Assembly: GCA_046861385.1 (NCBI GenBank)
Contig: JBHHTW010000003.1
Location: forward strand, 73,660-137,659
From: Fidelibacterota bacterium
GTDB taxonomy: Bacteria; Fidelibacterota; Marinisomatia; Marinisomatales; TCS55
Length of the DNA stretch: 64,000 bases
Reading direction: 5' to 3'
Shown here: in pieces, positions 8,264-17,765 of the stretch
Numbering within the stretch: the first letter of the stretch is position 1
Layout: each line of letters starts with the position of its first letter
Notes under the pieces: generated by a model
What the model was told of the DNA's origin: nothing
The model's input: the letters and a program-made list of their open reading frames with translations, nothing else
The model's database searches: none
Position numbers and translations under genes: made by a program

Positions 8264-10618
8264 TTATTCCCGGATAAAATTGTAATATAATCCCATATAA
8301 TAAGGTAAAAGAAATACCGTCCCATCGGCGAGTTCCTGTCCGTTCCCGCCTGTGTTCAGGGTCCAGGGATCCCGATTCCAGTGGTTAAAAAAACATTCGT
8401 CCACCGGAATGACTTTACCATCTACCCGATATCCCTTTCGGGAATTATCCCCGTCAAATGTACGATTCCATGAATGGAGTTTTAACAAATCGATTCTCTG
8501 ACTGTTTTCATGACGCCAATTGAATCGATCCAGAGGAAAGCGAACCAGCGTCTCAACCGATTCTTCCAACCATTTTTTATGTGGAGCTAAATCATAAGTC
8601 CCCCAGGCATCTGAAAAATTCAAGCCAGTGGTAGCCGCCCGAAAAGTAAAATTGAAAAAGGGATTCAGTTCCGGCGCCAGCAGCATCCAGTTCATATACA
8701 TGGAAAAGGCATATCGGGACTTCAATTCAGGATCCCACTCATAGTTTATTAAATGATAATAAGCCATCATGGCCATTTCGTCATCCGATTGATTTCCGGT
8801 GCCAACCCCCCGTTGGAATTTCATATCAATCATATTTTGGGCATACCCGTGTTCTTTATTAAGCCATTGGGAAAGTTCTCTGTATTTTGAGTTTCCGGTC
8901 ATATGGTAAGCAACTGCTAAATAGGAAAGCATACTTAGAGAATTGAGTCCACGCTCTGCAAACCAATTTTTACTGTGATTAAGTTCGTCGGGGTTGAATC
9001 GCGCCCATCGTGTGGGTCTGCCGTCGTGGTCTACCAGTTGAAAATCGTGATTAATTAGATGATTGGTCAGCCGCACAACGTGTTCCCTCACCTCGGCTTT
9101 TTCTGCTTCCGTCTCAGCCACCAAATCATAATACAAGGCGTATAAGAAATAATGTCCGTCCAATTCGTCAGAACTGGTATCTGTTTTATAATACCATTTT
9201 CCGTCCCTGCTTTTTGGCCATCGGGGTTCATAGACCTTCCATAATTTATCATAATGATCATGGGTTTGTTGATCGTTTTCCAACCGCCCGTCATTTGGAT
9301 CCGGCCCGCTGGTTGGAAGGATAGTCCTGGCTACAAAGCCGGGAGGAGGAGAAATGGGAGCGTTCTGGGTAACATCTCCTAAAAATTTTAATGCCTCAAA
9401 TGCTTTTTTAGCCCTGGCTTTTGCTTTTGGATCTTTGGTGGCTCCATAAGCAAAACATTCAGCGGCGCCATACATTCCTGTCCACAATCCGTCATTGTCA
9501 CTATCGTGTTGCGTCCACGTGGATGTATCTCCGGGAGCAGAAAGAGAAACATCCAGCACATATTCGTAAGGTGTTCGTCGGTGGAATTTGTCAATGGCAT
9601 CTTCGTAAAATTCCGCTTTTTCAGCCAGGGTCATTTCAGATTTATAAATTTTGGACAGACCTTGACTGGTAGCAAACCAGACGGTACCGTCTTTTGCAAC
9701 TGCAACATCATGAATATCATCATCCGGCAGCCATCGCTTTCCCTGTCTATATTCCCAGCTGTTACCGTCAAAATGGATCGCCCCTTTATGGGTTCCAAAC
9801 CACACATCCCCATCGGGTCCGGCAGCCATTTTGGTGAAATCATTATAAGGCAGACCATCTTTTCCCTCGTAGAGAGTCCATTGACCATCATAAACACCCA
9901 CACCTTGGGGGCTGGCAAACCAGAGGCGGTTTTTGGAATCAATGACCACACTTCTGCAATCATTCAGCGCCCAGCTCCGATCACCCGATGAAGGAAAAAT
10001 TTGTTCCCAGACCTTTTTTGAGTTGTACTTTTTGTATAATCCCGATCCACTAGCAATATAAAGAGTATTGTCCTCCCCGATGGCTATCTGGTTAATGTGG
10101 CTACCCGGGAATTCTATTTCTTTTAGTCCACTTTGTTTATTTTGCTTATCTGGAATATTAAATGAAAAAAGTTTCCCTGAATAGGCAAGATATACCCGGC
10201 TCTCTGAAAGAAAAATATCGCCCGATTGAACATTCATTTGAATTTGTTTTGGTAGTGGGATTTTATGTGTCAGAATTTGATTTTTGATGATATACACCCA
10301 TCCCAAACCATCTTTATTATTTTCCGGCTGAGTAAAAACAGCCACTTGCTTACCATTTGAATTAACAAAATATCCCGGTTCTTTAACGGTCCAAAATTCT
10401 TCCCATTTATTATTTTTCCGGTTCAGAATTGACATGCCCTCATCCGTACCTCCATAAACCTCTCCGTCGTTCGTAACGACGACAGAATGAACGACTTGCC
10501 CTTTCAGTTCAACGGATTGTTTTTCCTGGAGGAAAGAAGGGATAAATATGGATTCACCGGCAGAAGCGGAGCTGAAAAGAAAAAGAATAATATAAATGAT
10601 GGATTGATTAAAGCGCAT
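8264..10618 (-). CDS. Secreted protein: Reg_prop-type beta-propeller plus putative helical-barrel glycosidase-like domain
   Basis: Signal peptide; repeats DSKNRLWFAS, DGLPYND, GPDGDVWFGT and WLPDDDI..DGTVWFAT; acidic motifs DSDNDGLWT and DTSSDELDGH in a helical C-terminal half. Confidence 0.6.
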   Translation of the reverse strand: MRFNQSIIYIILFLFSSASAGESIFIPSFLQEKQSVELKGQVVHSVVVTNDGEVYGGTDEGMSILNRKNNKWEEFWTVKEPGYFVNSNGKQVAVFTQPENNKDGLGWVYIIKNQILTHKIPLPKQIQMNVQSGDIFLSESRVYLAYSGKLFSFNIPDKQNKQSGLKEIEFPGSHINQIAIGEDNTLYIASGSGLYKKYNSKKVWEQIFPSSGDRSWALNDCRSVVIDSKNRLWFASPQGVGVYDGQWTLYEGKDGLPYNDFTKMAAGPDGDVWFGTHKGAIHFDGNSWEYRQGKRWLPDDDIHDVAVAKDGTVWFATSQGLSKIYKSEMTLAEKAEFYEDAIDKFHRRTPYEYVLDVSLSAPGDTSTWTQHDSDNDGLWTGMYGAAECFAYGATKDPKAKARAKKAFEALKFLGDVTQNAPISPPPGFVARTILPTSGPDPNDGRLENDQQTHDHYDKLWKVYEPRWPKSRDGKWYYKTDTSSDELDGHYFLYALYYDLVAETEAEKAEVREHVVRLTNHLINHDFQLVDHDGRPTRWARFNPDELNHSKNWFAERGLNSLSMLSYLAVAYHMTGNSKYRELSQWLNKEHGYAQNMIDMKFQRGVGTGNQSDDEMAMMAYYHLINYEWDPELKSRYAFSMYMNWMLLAPELNPFFNFTFRAATTGLNFSDAWGTYDLAPHKKWLEESVETLVRFPLDRFNWRHENSQRIDLLKLHSWNRTFDGDNSRKGYRVDGKVIPVDECFFNHWNRDPWTLNTGGNGQELADGTVFLLPYYMGLYYNFIRE

Positions 10619-10628
10619 TTTGATTTCC

Positions 10629-11426
10629 TTAATGGATCGATAGCAGTTGCCGCCAGAATTGATTGTAATAGTCCCACTTCATGAAATTAATTCCCCAGTG
10701 AGGCGTGGCGCTGGTCATCCATCCGGAGGCTCTTCCAAGTCCGTATCTTCGGGTAGCACAAAGGGGATGCCATTTCCCCTGATCTTCAATTTCAACAATG
10801 ATTTCTGCATCATTTTTTAGACGTGTTTCATTAAACCCCAAGAGGGGAGGAGCTGTCGTCCAGTCTATACCCCGGAGTGCAGAATGGTCAGGATTTGGGG
10901 TTCGCAGGGGGTATCCGTCCGTTGATTCAATCAGGTCATCGTAAGGCATACAATGTACCGGAAGAACATCATTAAGTCTGCTCCGACCCCAGCCCCCTTT
11001 TCCCCGTTCCCCGGAAAAACTGTACCATCCTCCCAACATAAGAAAATGTCCTCCATCATGAATCCACTGTTTCAAGAGGTCAAATCGGTCGGGAAAAGTC
11101 AATGGTTGATCTCCCCATTTTCCCCGATTAAAGAAATCAGGATGAAGCATCAGACACTTGGCTTCAACATCGCCAAACACCATATGGGTTGCCCAGGCCA
11201 ATTTTTCTTCAAATGCTTCAGGAGACATGTGGTATAAATCCCAGGAAGCAGAAGATTCTACCACAGAGTTTGGGATGGTCTTCACTGCGTCGACAAATGG
11301 CTGACCATAATTATGAATTTCAACATCCTTGCTGGGAGAGACAAAAGGGGATTCTATATATTTTTGCCCCACATGGATGCACCAGTTGCCTACATGCCAA
11401 ATATTAGGTTGATTATGATTCATCAA
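10629..11426 (-). CDS. Class I glutamine amidotransferase-like protein (DUF1355 / GATase1-like)
   Basis: LKQWIHDGGHFLMLGGWYSFSG..GKGGW, LPV, PPLLGFN and PHWG..F..W.YY..FW. Confidence 0.75.
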   Translation of the reverse strand: MMNHNQPNIWHVGNWCIHVGQKYIESPFVSPSKDVEIHNYGQPFVDAVKTIPNSVVESSASWDLYHMSPEAFEEKLAWATHMVFGDVEAKCLMLHPDFFNRGKWGDQPLTFPDRFDLLKQWIHDGGHFLMLGGWYSFSGERGKGGWGRSRLNDVLPVHCMPYDDLIESTDGYPLRTPNPDHSALRGIDWTTAPPLLGFNETRLKNDAEIIVEIEDQGKWHPLCATRRYGLGRASGWMTSATPHWGINFMKWDYYNQFWRQLLSIH

Positions 11427-11544
11427 AACTATCTCCTTCGATTCTCTGGTTCACAGAATATTGAATATCCAACTTAATGAGAATAGAGGCAGGCTTCCAA
11501 AAGTGATTTTTGTGAATTAAATGAGTTTATGGTAATAAATGTAT

Positions 11545-11574
11545 TTGCCGGGATGTGTTAAAAGTTTCTATTAT
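11545..11574 (+). promoter_or_regulatory. Candidate sigma70 promoter for the TonB receptor operon
   Basis: TTGCCG-N18-TATTAT about 40 bp upstream of the ATG at 11616; pattern match only. Confidence 0.35.
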
Positions 11575-11615
11575 CAATAGCAGGTCAAAAGGTTTAAAAT
11601 GAGACAAGGAACAGT

Positions 11616-14192
11616 ATGAAGAAAAATAAAACACGTTTATTTCAATTCATCTTATTTTTTCCATTTATTTCTGCTTTTCTGTTAGGTCAGGAAATCTCAG
11701 GTATTGTAACGGATCAGGATGGTACTCTTTTATCGGGAGCCAATATTATTGTAGAAGGGACCAGCTCCGGTGCAGCAACTGACATGGATGGTGCATTTTC
11801 ATTCCCGTACTCGCCTTCAAAAGAGTTTACCATTGCGGTCAGTTATATTGGATATCAAACGACCAGACAAACCTTTAAAAAAAATGAACCTGCAACCGAT
11901 CTGCATTTTATCCTGATTCGGGGAAGCCTTTTTGGGAATGAAGTCACTGTTTTGGCGAGAAAAAGAGAAGAAATGATTAAGGAAGTTCCTATTTCAATGG
12001 TAGCTCTTCGAGAAGAAACGATTACGGATATGGGTGCAACTTCTATTGAAGATTTAACATCAGCAGTTCCCAATGTGTTTGCATACGATAAACAAACTGA
12101 AACGGGATTTAATATTCGGGGTATTACCGGTGGCGCCCGGAATCCAGGTATGGCAACGGCTGAGGGTGTCTATATGGATGGCGTTGTGATGGGAAGACCC
12201 AATTTTATTTCCACAGATATCATTGATGTTCAACGTGTTGAATTCCTTCGGGGTCCCCAAGGAACTTTATTTGGACGAAATACCGTTTCCGGCGCTATTA
12301 ATCTAATATCGATAAAACCAACCCCCATCAATGGGAGATCTTTTTTAGTTGAAAAAGGAGATTTCGGTTATTTAAAGCTGAAAGGGTCAACCAATATTAA
12401 ATTGACAGATAAAATCTACAGCAGGTTTTCCTGGTATTCTTTTGATCATGACGGATATATGAAAAATAGTTATGATGATACACAGAAGAAGTATAAAAAT
12501 AATGTAGGGGGTCGATTTTCTTTACGTTTTTTACCTAATGAAAAATTAACCATTGATGCCAGTATTGATTTTTTAAATGAAGACCTCAATCAAATGGGTG
12601 AGCATGTTTCAGATTGGCGAATTTCCAGCGACGCAGAACGGTATAACAATGAGCTGCTTGACACTCTTTATTTTGCCTTGGATTCCATCGATATTTCGAA
12701 TGAGGATATATATACATTTAGTCATGATACAGCAGGTAATGCCAGTAGAGATTTGAAAGGGTTGACAATCAATACGACTTATTCAATAAATGACTATCTC
12801 AATCTAGTTTCCATATTATCATACCGGACAGCGACTGTAAAATGGTTCAATGATGAGGATGGTACCGGAATAGATTTGATGACTGGAAGATGGAATAATG
12901 TGGGAGAACAAACATCCATGGAGTTTAGACTCATTTCAAATTTGGATTCCAAAATTTCATGGCTGACAGGTATATTCTATAATAATCTCTATGAATATTT
13001 AAATGGTCCTGTTTATCCTAAACCTTTATTAATTCATTATATTACAGGTTATTCTTTGTTCTTAGTTGAACATCTGTATGCTGACGCTATAGTTAAACCT
13101 GAAGGAGGTGGAAATACCGTTAGTCTGGGATCTTATGCTTCTTTGGACTATGATGTATCTGATAAACTTACATTAACACTGGGAGCACGATATTCCTATG
13201 ACGTTAAACATTTTAAATTCAGACAGGTAGGATTAGATGGATTTGGTTATATTAATCTTCCAGCTGATTCAAACGGTGCCTTAGTCGATGGATTTTTTGA
13301 CAGCACCAAAACTTGGAGCGCCTTGACGCCTTCGTTTAACATTAAATATGCTATATCACCCAATATTAATTTGTTTTGCACTCTATCAAAAGGGTACAAA
13401 AGTGGCGGATTTAATACAGACTATGTGACCAGCTATGAGTCCGTGGCAATCCCCTTTAAACCTGAACAAATTACCAATTACGAGTTTGGAATTAAAGCTG
13501 GAAACCAGGCAAACACTTTTTTTCTGAATACGGCAGTTTTTCGAATGGAATATGATAATATGCAGGTGAGTCAATTCCAGGATGTGTTTGAGGGATATAT
13601 GATTAGTAATGCCGCCTCTTCTACTATCAATGGACTGGAATTGGATTTTTCAGTTCGCTTATTAAAAAACGCACTGACACTCATTGGTGGGTATGGCACG
13701 ACAGAAGCAGTGTTTAATGATTTTCACGATGGATATTTTAACGGGGACTGGGACGAAGGTGAAACCTATACAGATGCCAACATGAATGGGCAGTACGATA
13801 CCGGCGAAGATTTTATTGACAAAGATAATAATTATTCCGGTCAGGAAATTAGCCTATACCCAAAGCAGTCCTGGAGTTTTATGGCGGACTTTAGAATGCC
13901 TATCAACAGCAAAATGTTGTTTGTAACTCAAATTCGAAGTGATTTCATTGATGAAAAATTGGCTCAGTTATCCACAGATAAAGATGCAAATTTGTTAAGA
14001 GACGATGCACGGACACTGGTTAACGGACACATCGGTATTGAGACCAATACCTGGGGAATATTTGCCTGGGGGGAAAACCTGCTGGACAAGGAATATATTG
14101 TAGAGCAGGGAGTAAATTCCTATCTTGGTTTTATTGAACAAGTATGGGGACAACCCCGATTAATGGGAATCAGAGTAACCTATAAAATCTAG
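11616..14192 (+). CDS. TonB-dependent receptor with N-terminal carboxypeptidase-regulatory-like domain
   Basis: ISGIVTDQDG..LSGANIIVEGT, VTVLARKREE, VEFLRGPQGTLFGRNTVSGAIN, GYKSGGFN and terminal GQPRLMGIRVTYKI. Confidence 0.92.
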   Translation: MKKNKTRLFQFILFFPFISAFLLGQEISGIVTDQDGTLLSGANIIVEGTSSGAATDMDGAFSFPYSPSKEFTIAVSYIGYQTTRQTFKKNEPATDLHFILIRGSLFGNEVTVLARKREEMIKEVPISMVALREETITDMGATSIEDLTSAVPNVFAYDKQTETGFNIRGITGGARNPGMATAEGVYMDGVVMGRPNFISTDIIDVQRVEFLRGPQGTLFGRNTVSGAINLISIKPTPINGRSFLVEKGDFGYLKLKGSTNIKLTDKIYSRFSWYSFDHDGYMKNSYDDTQKKYKNNVGGRFSLRFLPNEKLTIDASIDFLNEDLNQMGEHVSDWRISSDAERYNNELLDTLYFALDSIDISNEDIYTFSHDTAGNASRDLKGLTINTTYSINDYLNLVSILSYRTATVKWFNDEDGTGIDLMTGRWNNVGEQTSMEFRLISNLDSKISWLTGIFYNNLYEYLNGPVYPKPLLIHYITGYSLFLVEHLYADAIVKPEGGGNTVSLGSYASLDYDVSDKLTLTLGARYSYDVKHFKFRQVGLDGFGYINLPADSNGALVDGFFDSTKTWSALTPSFNIKYAISPNINLFCTLSKGYKSGGFNTDYVTSYESVAIPFKPEQITNYEFGIKAGNQANTFFLNTAVFRMEYDNMQVSQFQDVFEGYMISNAASSTINGLELDFSVRLLKNALTLIGGYGTTEAVFNDFHDGYFNGDWDEGETYTDANMNGQYDTGEDFIDKDNNYSGQEISLYPKQSWSFMADFRMPINSKMLFVTQIRSDFIDEKLAQLSTDKDANLLRDDARTLVNGHIGIETNTWGIFAWGENLLDKEYIVEQGVNSYLGFIEQVWGQPRLMGIRVTYKI

Positions 14193-14266
14193 ATAGGATT
14201 ACCTGAACAACCACAGATAAATGCAGATAGCTTAATATTTTAAAAGATTAACGAGAAAGAAACGGT

Positions 14267-16042
14267 ATGGCATTAGGCGGACTTGATTATTTTATCATTA
14301 TTCTTTACCTAATCGGAACCGTTTCATTCGGAATCTATATTGGTCGGAGAATGAGATCCGGGCAGGATTATTTTCTGGCAGGACGATCTCTCCCTTGGTG
14401 GGCTATCGGAATGTCCTTGGTCGTGACTGATATTGGCGCTGTGGATATGGTGGGAATTGCCGGAGCTGCCTATTTATACGGCATTGTTCTGGGAAATTAT
14501 GACTGGCTGGGGAGTGTTCCAGTGATGATCATTGGTGCATTTTTATTTATTCCCATGTTTTGGAGATCCAAAGTCAGTACCATTCCAGAATGGCTGGGAG
14601 CAAGATACAATATAAGCGTCAGAACCATTACAGCTGTCATTTGGGGTGTAGTGACTGCTTTCGGTTTGGGAATCACTCTTTATGCAACAGCCCTGATGCT
14701 TAATTTATTATTGGATTTAAATCCAAACGTAGTAGTCGTAACCGATAGTCAGAGTACAAGAGAAAAAGTCGTCAGGGCAACGGGAGTTGGGAAAACACAT
14801 GATTTTATTTTTATCAACGATTTAAATAACTTGGATCAAATCATTATCAGTAAGAACCCAAATCTGGTCTTGGTAGATGATAAATGGAATGCAATGGATG
14901 AAGATTATCCTGTGGGAGTGTTTCAATTTCACGAAGAAGAAATTACTAACGCATGGGGAAAATCCATGATGGACAAAGCTCGCTCACCCACCTGGACTCT
15001 CATGTATTCTATTATTATTATGAGTATTTTGATTGGAGCCTATACCTTGCTGGGAGGATTAAAAGCGGTGGTCTATACTGACGTGATTCAATGTGTTGTC
15101 ATGCTGGGAGGCTCATTATTTGTATTATTTTTTGGTATTTATAAATTAGGCGGGCTCGGTGAATTTGTGTCCATCATCCATTCATTGGGTGAACGGGCTC
15201 AACATCATTTTGATTTGGTATTAGCCGCCGATACAGCGACGCCTCATCCCTGGTCTGGAATCTTTCTTGGGCTGGGACTGGTTCTTGCCAATGCCTATTG
15301 GCTCGGAAATCAAAATATGGTCCAGAGGACCTTAGGCGCAAAATCAGAAGCGGATGCCAAAGCATCTTATGTATTTGGTTCCATCCTGAAAATTCTGATT
15401 CCCTTTGCCATGGTCGTTCCCGGAATCATCGCCTTAGCCCATAACCCTAATATTACCGATGCGGACAAGGCCATGGCCACATTAGTGAGGGATATTATGC
15501 CCACAGGTTTGCTGGGAATTTTCTTTGCTGCCTTTCTCGCCGGACTAATGTCTTCTGTGGATTCTGCCCTTAATTCAGGTGCGACTATCTGGACAAAGGA
15601 TGTTTATCAAAAATTTATTAAACCGGATTCCACAGATGAACAACTATTAATTGTGGGACGTTGGATTACGGCTGCCATGCTGGCGGTGGCCATTTTTTTC
15701 GCACAATTTGCCACCCGGTTTGAAAGTATTTATGATTTGACCCAAACGTTGCTTTCGCTGTTCCAAGGCCCGATTTTAGCCATTATTATTCTGGGAATGC
15801 TCTGGAGACGGGCTACAGGGATAGGGGCCTTGACTGCTTTACTGACCGGTGTCATTTTTTCCGGAACGCTTATGTGGGTCAACAGCCATGCAACTGTTCC
15901 GCTCTTTCAGGTGTCGGAACCCTTTTTATATATTGCATGGTGGTCTTTTGTTCTCTCTTTTATTGTAACTATTGTGGTGAGTTTACTAACTCCACCAGAA
16001 CCTGATTCGAAATTGAAAGGATTGGTGTATCGCTATGAATAA
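14267..16042 (+). CDS. Sodium:solute symporter (SLC5 family) with a roughly 90-aa soluble insertion
   Basis: DYFLAGRSLPWW, YTLLGGLKAVVYTD, NQNMVQRTLGAKS and AGLMSSVDSALNS. Confidence 0.92.
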   Translation: MALGGLDYFIIILYLIGTVSFGIYIGRRMRSGQDYFLAGRSLPWWAIGMSLVVTDIGAVDMVGIAGAAYLYGIVLGNYDWLGSVPVMIIGAFLFIPMFWRSKVSTIPEWLGARYNISVRTITAVIWGVVTAFGLGITLYATALMLNLLLDLNPNVVVVTDSQSTREKVVRATGVGKTHDFIFINDLNNLDQIIISKNPNLVLVDDKWNAMDEDYPVGVFQFHEEEITNAWGKSMMDKARSPTWTLMYSIIIMSILIGAYTLLGGLKAVVYTDVIQCVVMLGGSLFVLFFGIYKLGGLGEFVSIIHSLGERAQHHFDLVLAADTATPHPWSGIFLGLGLVLANAYWLGNQNMVQRTLGAKSEADAKASYVFGSILKILIPFAMVVPGIIALAHNPNITDADKAMATLVRDIMPTGLLGIFFAAFLAGLMSSVDSALNSGATIWTKDVYQKFIKPDSTDEQLLIVGRWITAAMLAVAIFFAQFATRFESIYDLTQTLLSLFQGPILAIIILGMLWRRATGIGALTALLTGVIFSGTLMWVNSHATVPLFQVSEPFLYIAWWSFVLSFIVTIVVSLLTPPEPDSKLKGLVYRYE

Positions 16043-16310
16043 TGTTTTATTATCAATGACAGCCATTGCTGACGCCATTGCAAATCTTTTCCGCGGAATG
16101 GGAGATGTGATGAGAGGGTGGATGCTGGCCATTCCCATGAGTGTAGCAAAAGGTATATTTATCGTGTATTTCCTCGCCTTAATTATCTGGGTAATCAAAC
16201 TCCCGGATAATGAAGTAACCCTGGTATTAACCAGCGGGAAAATAATTCACCTCCGGCCCTATGCCCTGGCTTCTTTGATAATTATGGTATTGATTTACCT
16301 CATTTTTTAA
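16035..16310 (+). CDS. Small membrane protein, probable SSS accessory subunit
   Basis: Two hydrophobic segments; overlaps both the SSS stop and the GH84 start. Confidence 0.6.
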   Translation: MNNVLLSMTAIADAIANLFRGMGDVMRGWMLAIPMSVAKGIFIVYFLALIIWVIKLPDNEVTLVLTSGKIIHLRPYALASLIIMVLIYLIF

Positions 16311-17620
16311 TGAAAAATACAGACTTCATTTGCGGAACCCTTGAAGGCTTTTACGGCCGGCCCTGGAAAACATCCGATCGGTACAAGTTATTCAAGTGGA
16401 TGGAAGATTGGGGAGGAATGAATACCTACATGTATGCTCCCAAAGATGATTTATACCACCGGAGCAAATGGCGGGAATTATATCCGGACCATCTGTTGAA
16501 GGAATTAAAAGAATTAATGGGTGCCTGCCATCGCCGTCATTTAACATTTATTTATGCCATTGCCCCGGGACTGGATATAAAATATGGCGATGAAAATGAT
16601 TGGAATTGCTTAATGAGAAAAATCGATCAGATCCAATCGCTGGGTGGTGTTGACTTCGCCATTTTATTTGATGATATCCCAAATGAATTGTCTGAGGAAG
16701 ATCAGGACAGATTTTCTTCATTTGCAGAGGCTCATGCTCACATCACCAACCGCTTATTTAATACGTTGCAACAATCCAATGCTGACTCATCCCTCATATT
16801 CTGCCCCACCGTTTATTGCGGCAGGATGGCCGATTACGATGTGGCCGGCAATCCTTATTTGAATGAATTGGGACGATTGTTACATCCTGAAATTGGATTT
16901 TTCTGGACGGGGCCGGACGTTATTTCATCTGAAATTTCTGTTGAATCCATCCGGGAATTGCGCCAGGTTATTAATCGAAAACCAGTCATCTGGGATAACC
17001 TCCATGCCAATGATTACGATATTCGACAAATGTTTTTTGGACCCTATTCCGGTCGTCCTGTTGAACTGAAAAATGAACTATCCGGCATTTTGAGTAATCC
17101 CAACTGCCAGTTCTGGGCGAATGTTATTCCGCTGAAAACACTGTCTATGTTTCATCTGTCAACCGGGGAATGGCACCCGGAGCAGGCTTATCTGGATGGT
17201 TTATCAGAGTGGAAAAATTTCTTTGGGAATGATAATCTGATAGAAAAAGAAGTTCAATTACTGGGGGACTGTTTTTATCTCCCGGGAAAAATGGGAGAAA
17301 TGGGAAATAAGTTATTGGAGAGTATGGACTCCATTTTAAAAACAGAACCAGAAAAATGGGGTGTTCATTTAGAATCATTCAATGAAATGGAAACTTTGTT
17401 GAATTCACTTTGCAAAAAATTAATGGAAGCAACGAACCGTGATCTCCTCTATGATTTTTATCTCATTCTTTGGGAACTGAAAGAAGAAGTGGCATACGTT
17501 TCCTCCTGGATCCAGTGGAAAATATCTGGAAAAGGTGAATTCAAATCCACGGATTTTGTCCCCAGACGCCAGGGGCTTTTATACGAAATACAACGAAGAG
17601 TTTATCCCGAAGGGAATTGA
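16310..17620 (+). CDS. GH84 beta-N-acetylglucosaminidase (O-GlcNAcase-like), no signal peptide
   Basis: CGTLEGFYGRPW, YMYAPKDD, FAILFDDI (catalytic DD), FCPTVYC, WTGP, PVIWDNLHANDYD and NPNCQF. Confidence 0.92.
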   Translation: MKNTDFICGTLEGFYGRPWKTSDRYKLFKWMEDWGGMNTYMYAPKDDLYHRSKWRELYPDHLLKELKELMGACHRRHLTFIYAIAPGLDIKYGDENDWNCLMRKIDQIQSLGGVDFAILFDDIPNELSEEDQDRFSSFAEAHAHITNRLFNTLQQSNADSSLIFCPTVYCGRMADYDVAGNPYLNELGRLLHPEIGFFWTGPDVISSEISVESIRELRQVINRKPVIWDNLHANDYDIRQMFFGPYSGRPVELKNELSGILSNPNCQFWANVIPLKTLSMFHLSTGEWHPEQAYLDGLSEWKNFFGNDNLIEKEVQLLGDCFYLPGKMGEMGNKLLESMDSILKTEPEKWGVHLESFNEMETLLNSLCKKLMEATNRDLLYDFYLILWELKEEVAYVSSWIQWKISGKGEFKSTDFVPRRQGLLYEIQRRVYPEGN

Positions 17621-17765
17621 TTTGTTTTAAGTAACTTTGATCTATGAAATGGATAGTATGGATTAGGTTTGGTTATACCCATGACCCTGTTATTTAAATA
17701 ATATTACGTGCAATGCCTTGCAAAACCACCTTTTTAAAGAATACAATAAATAGAAAAGAATATAA

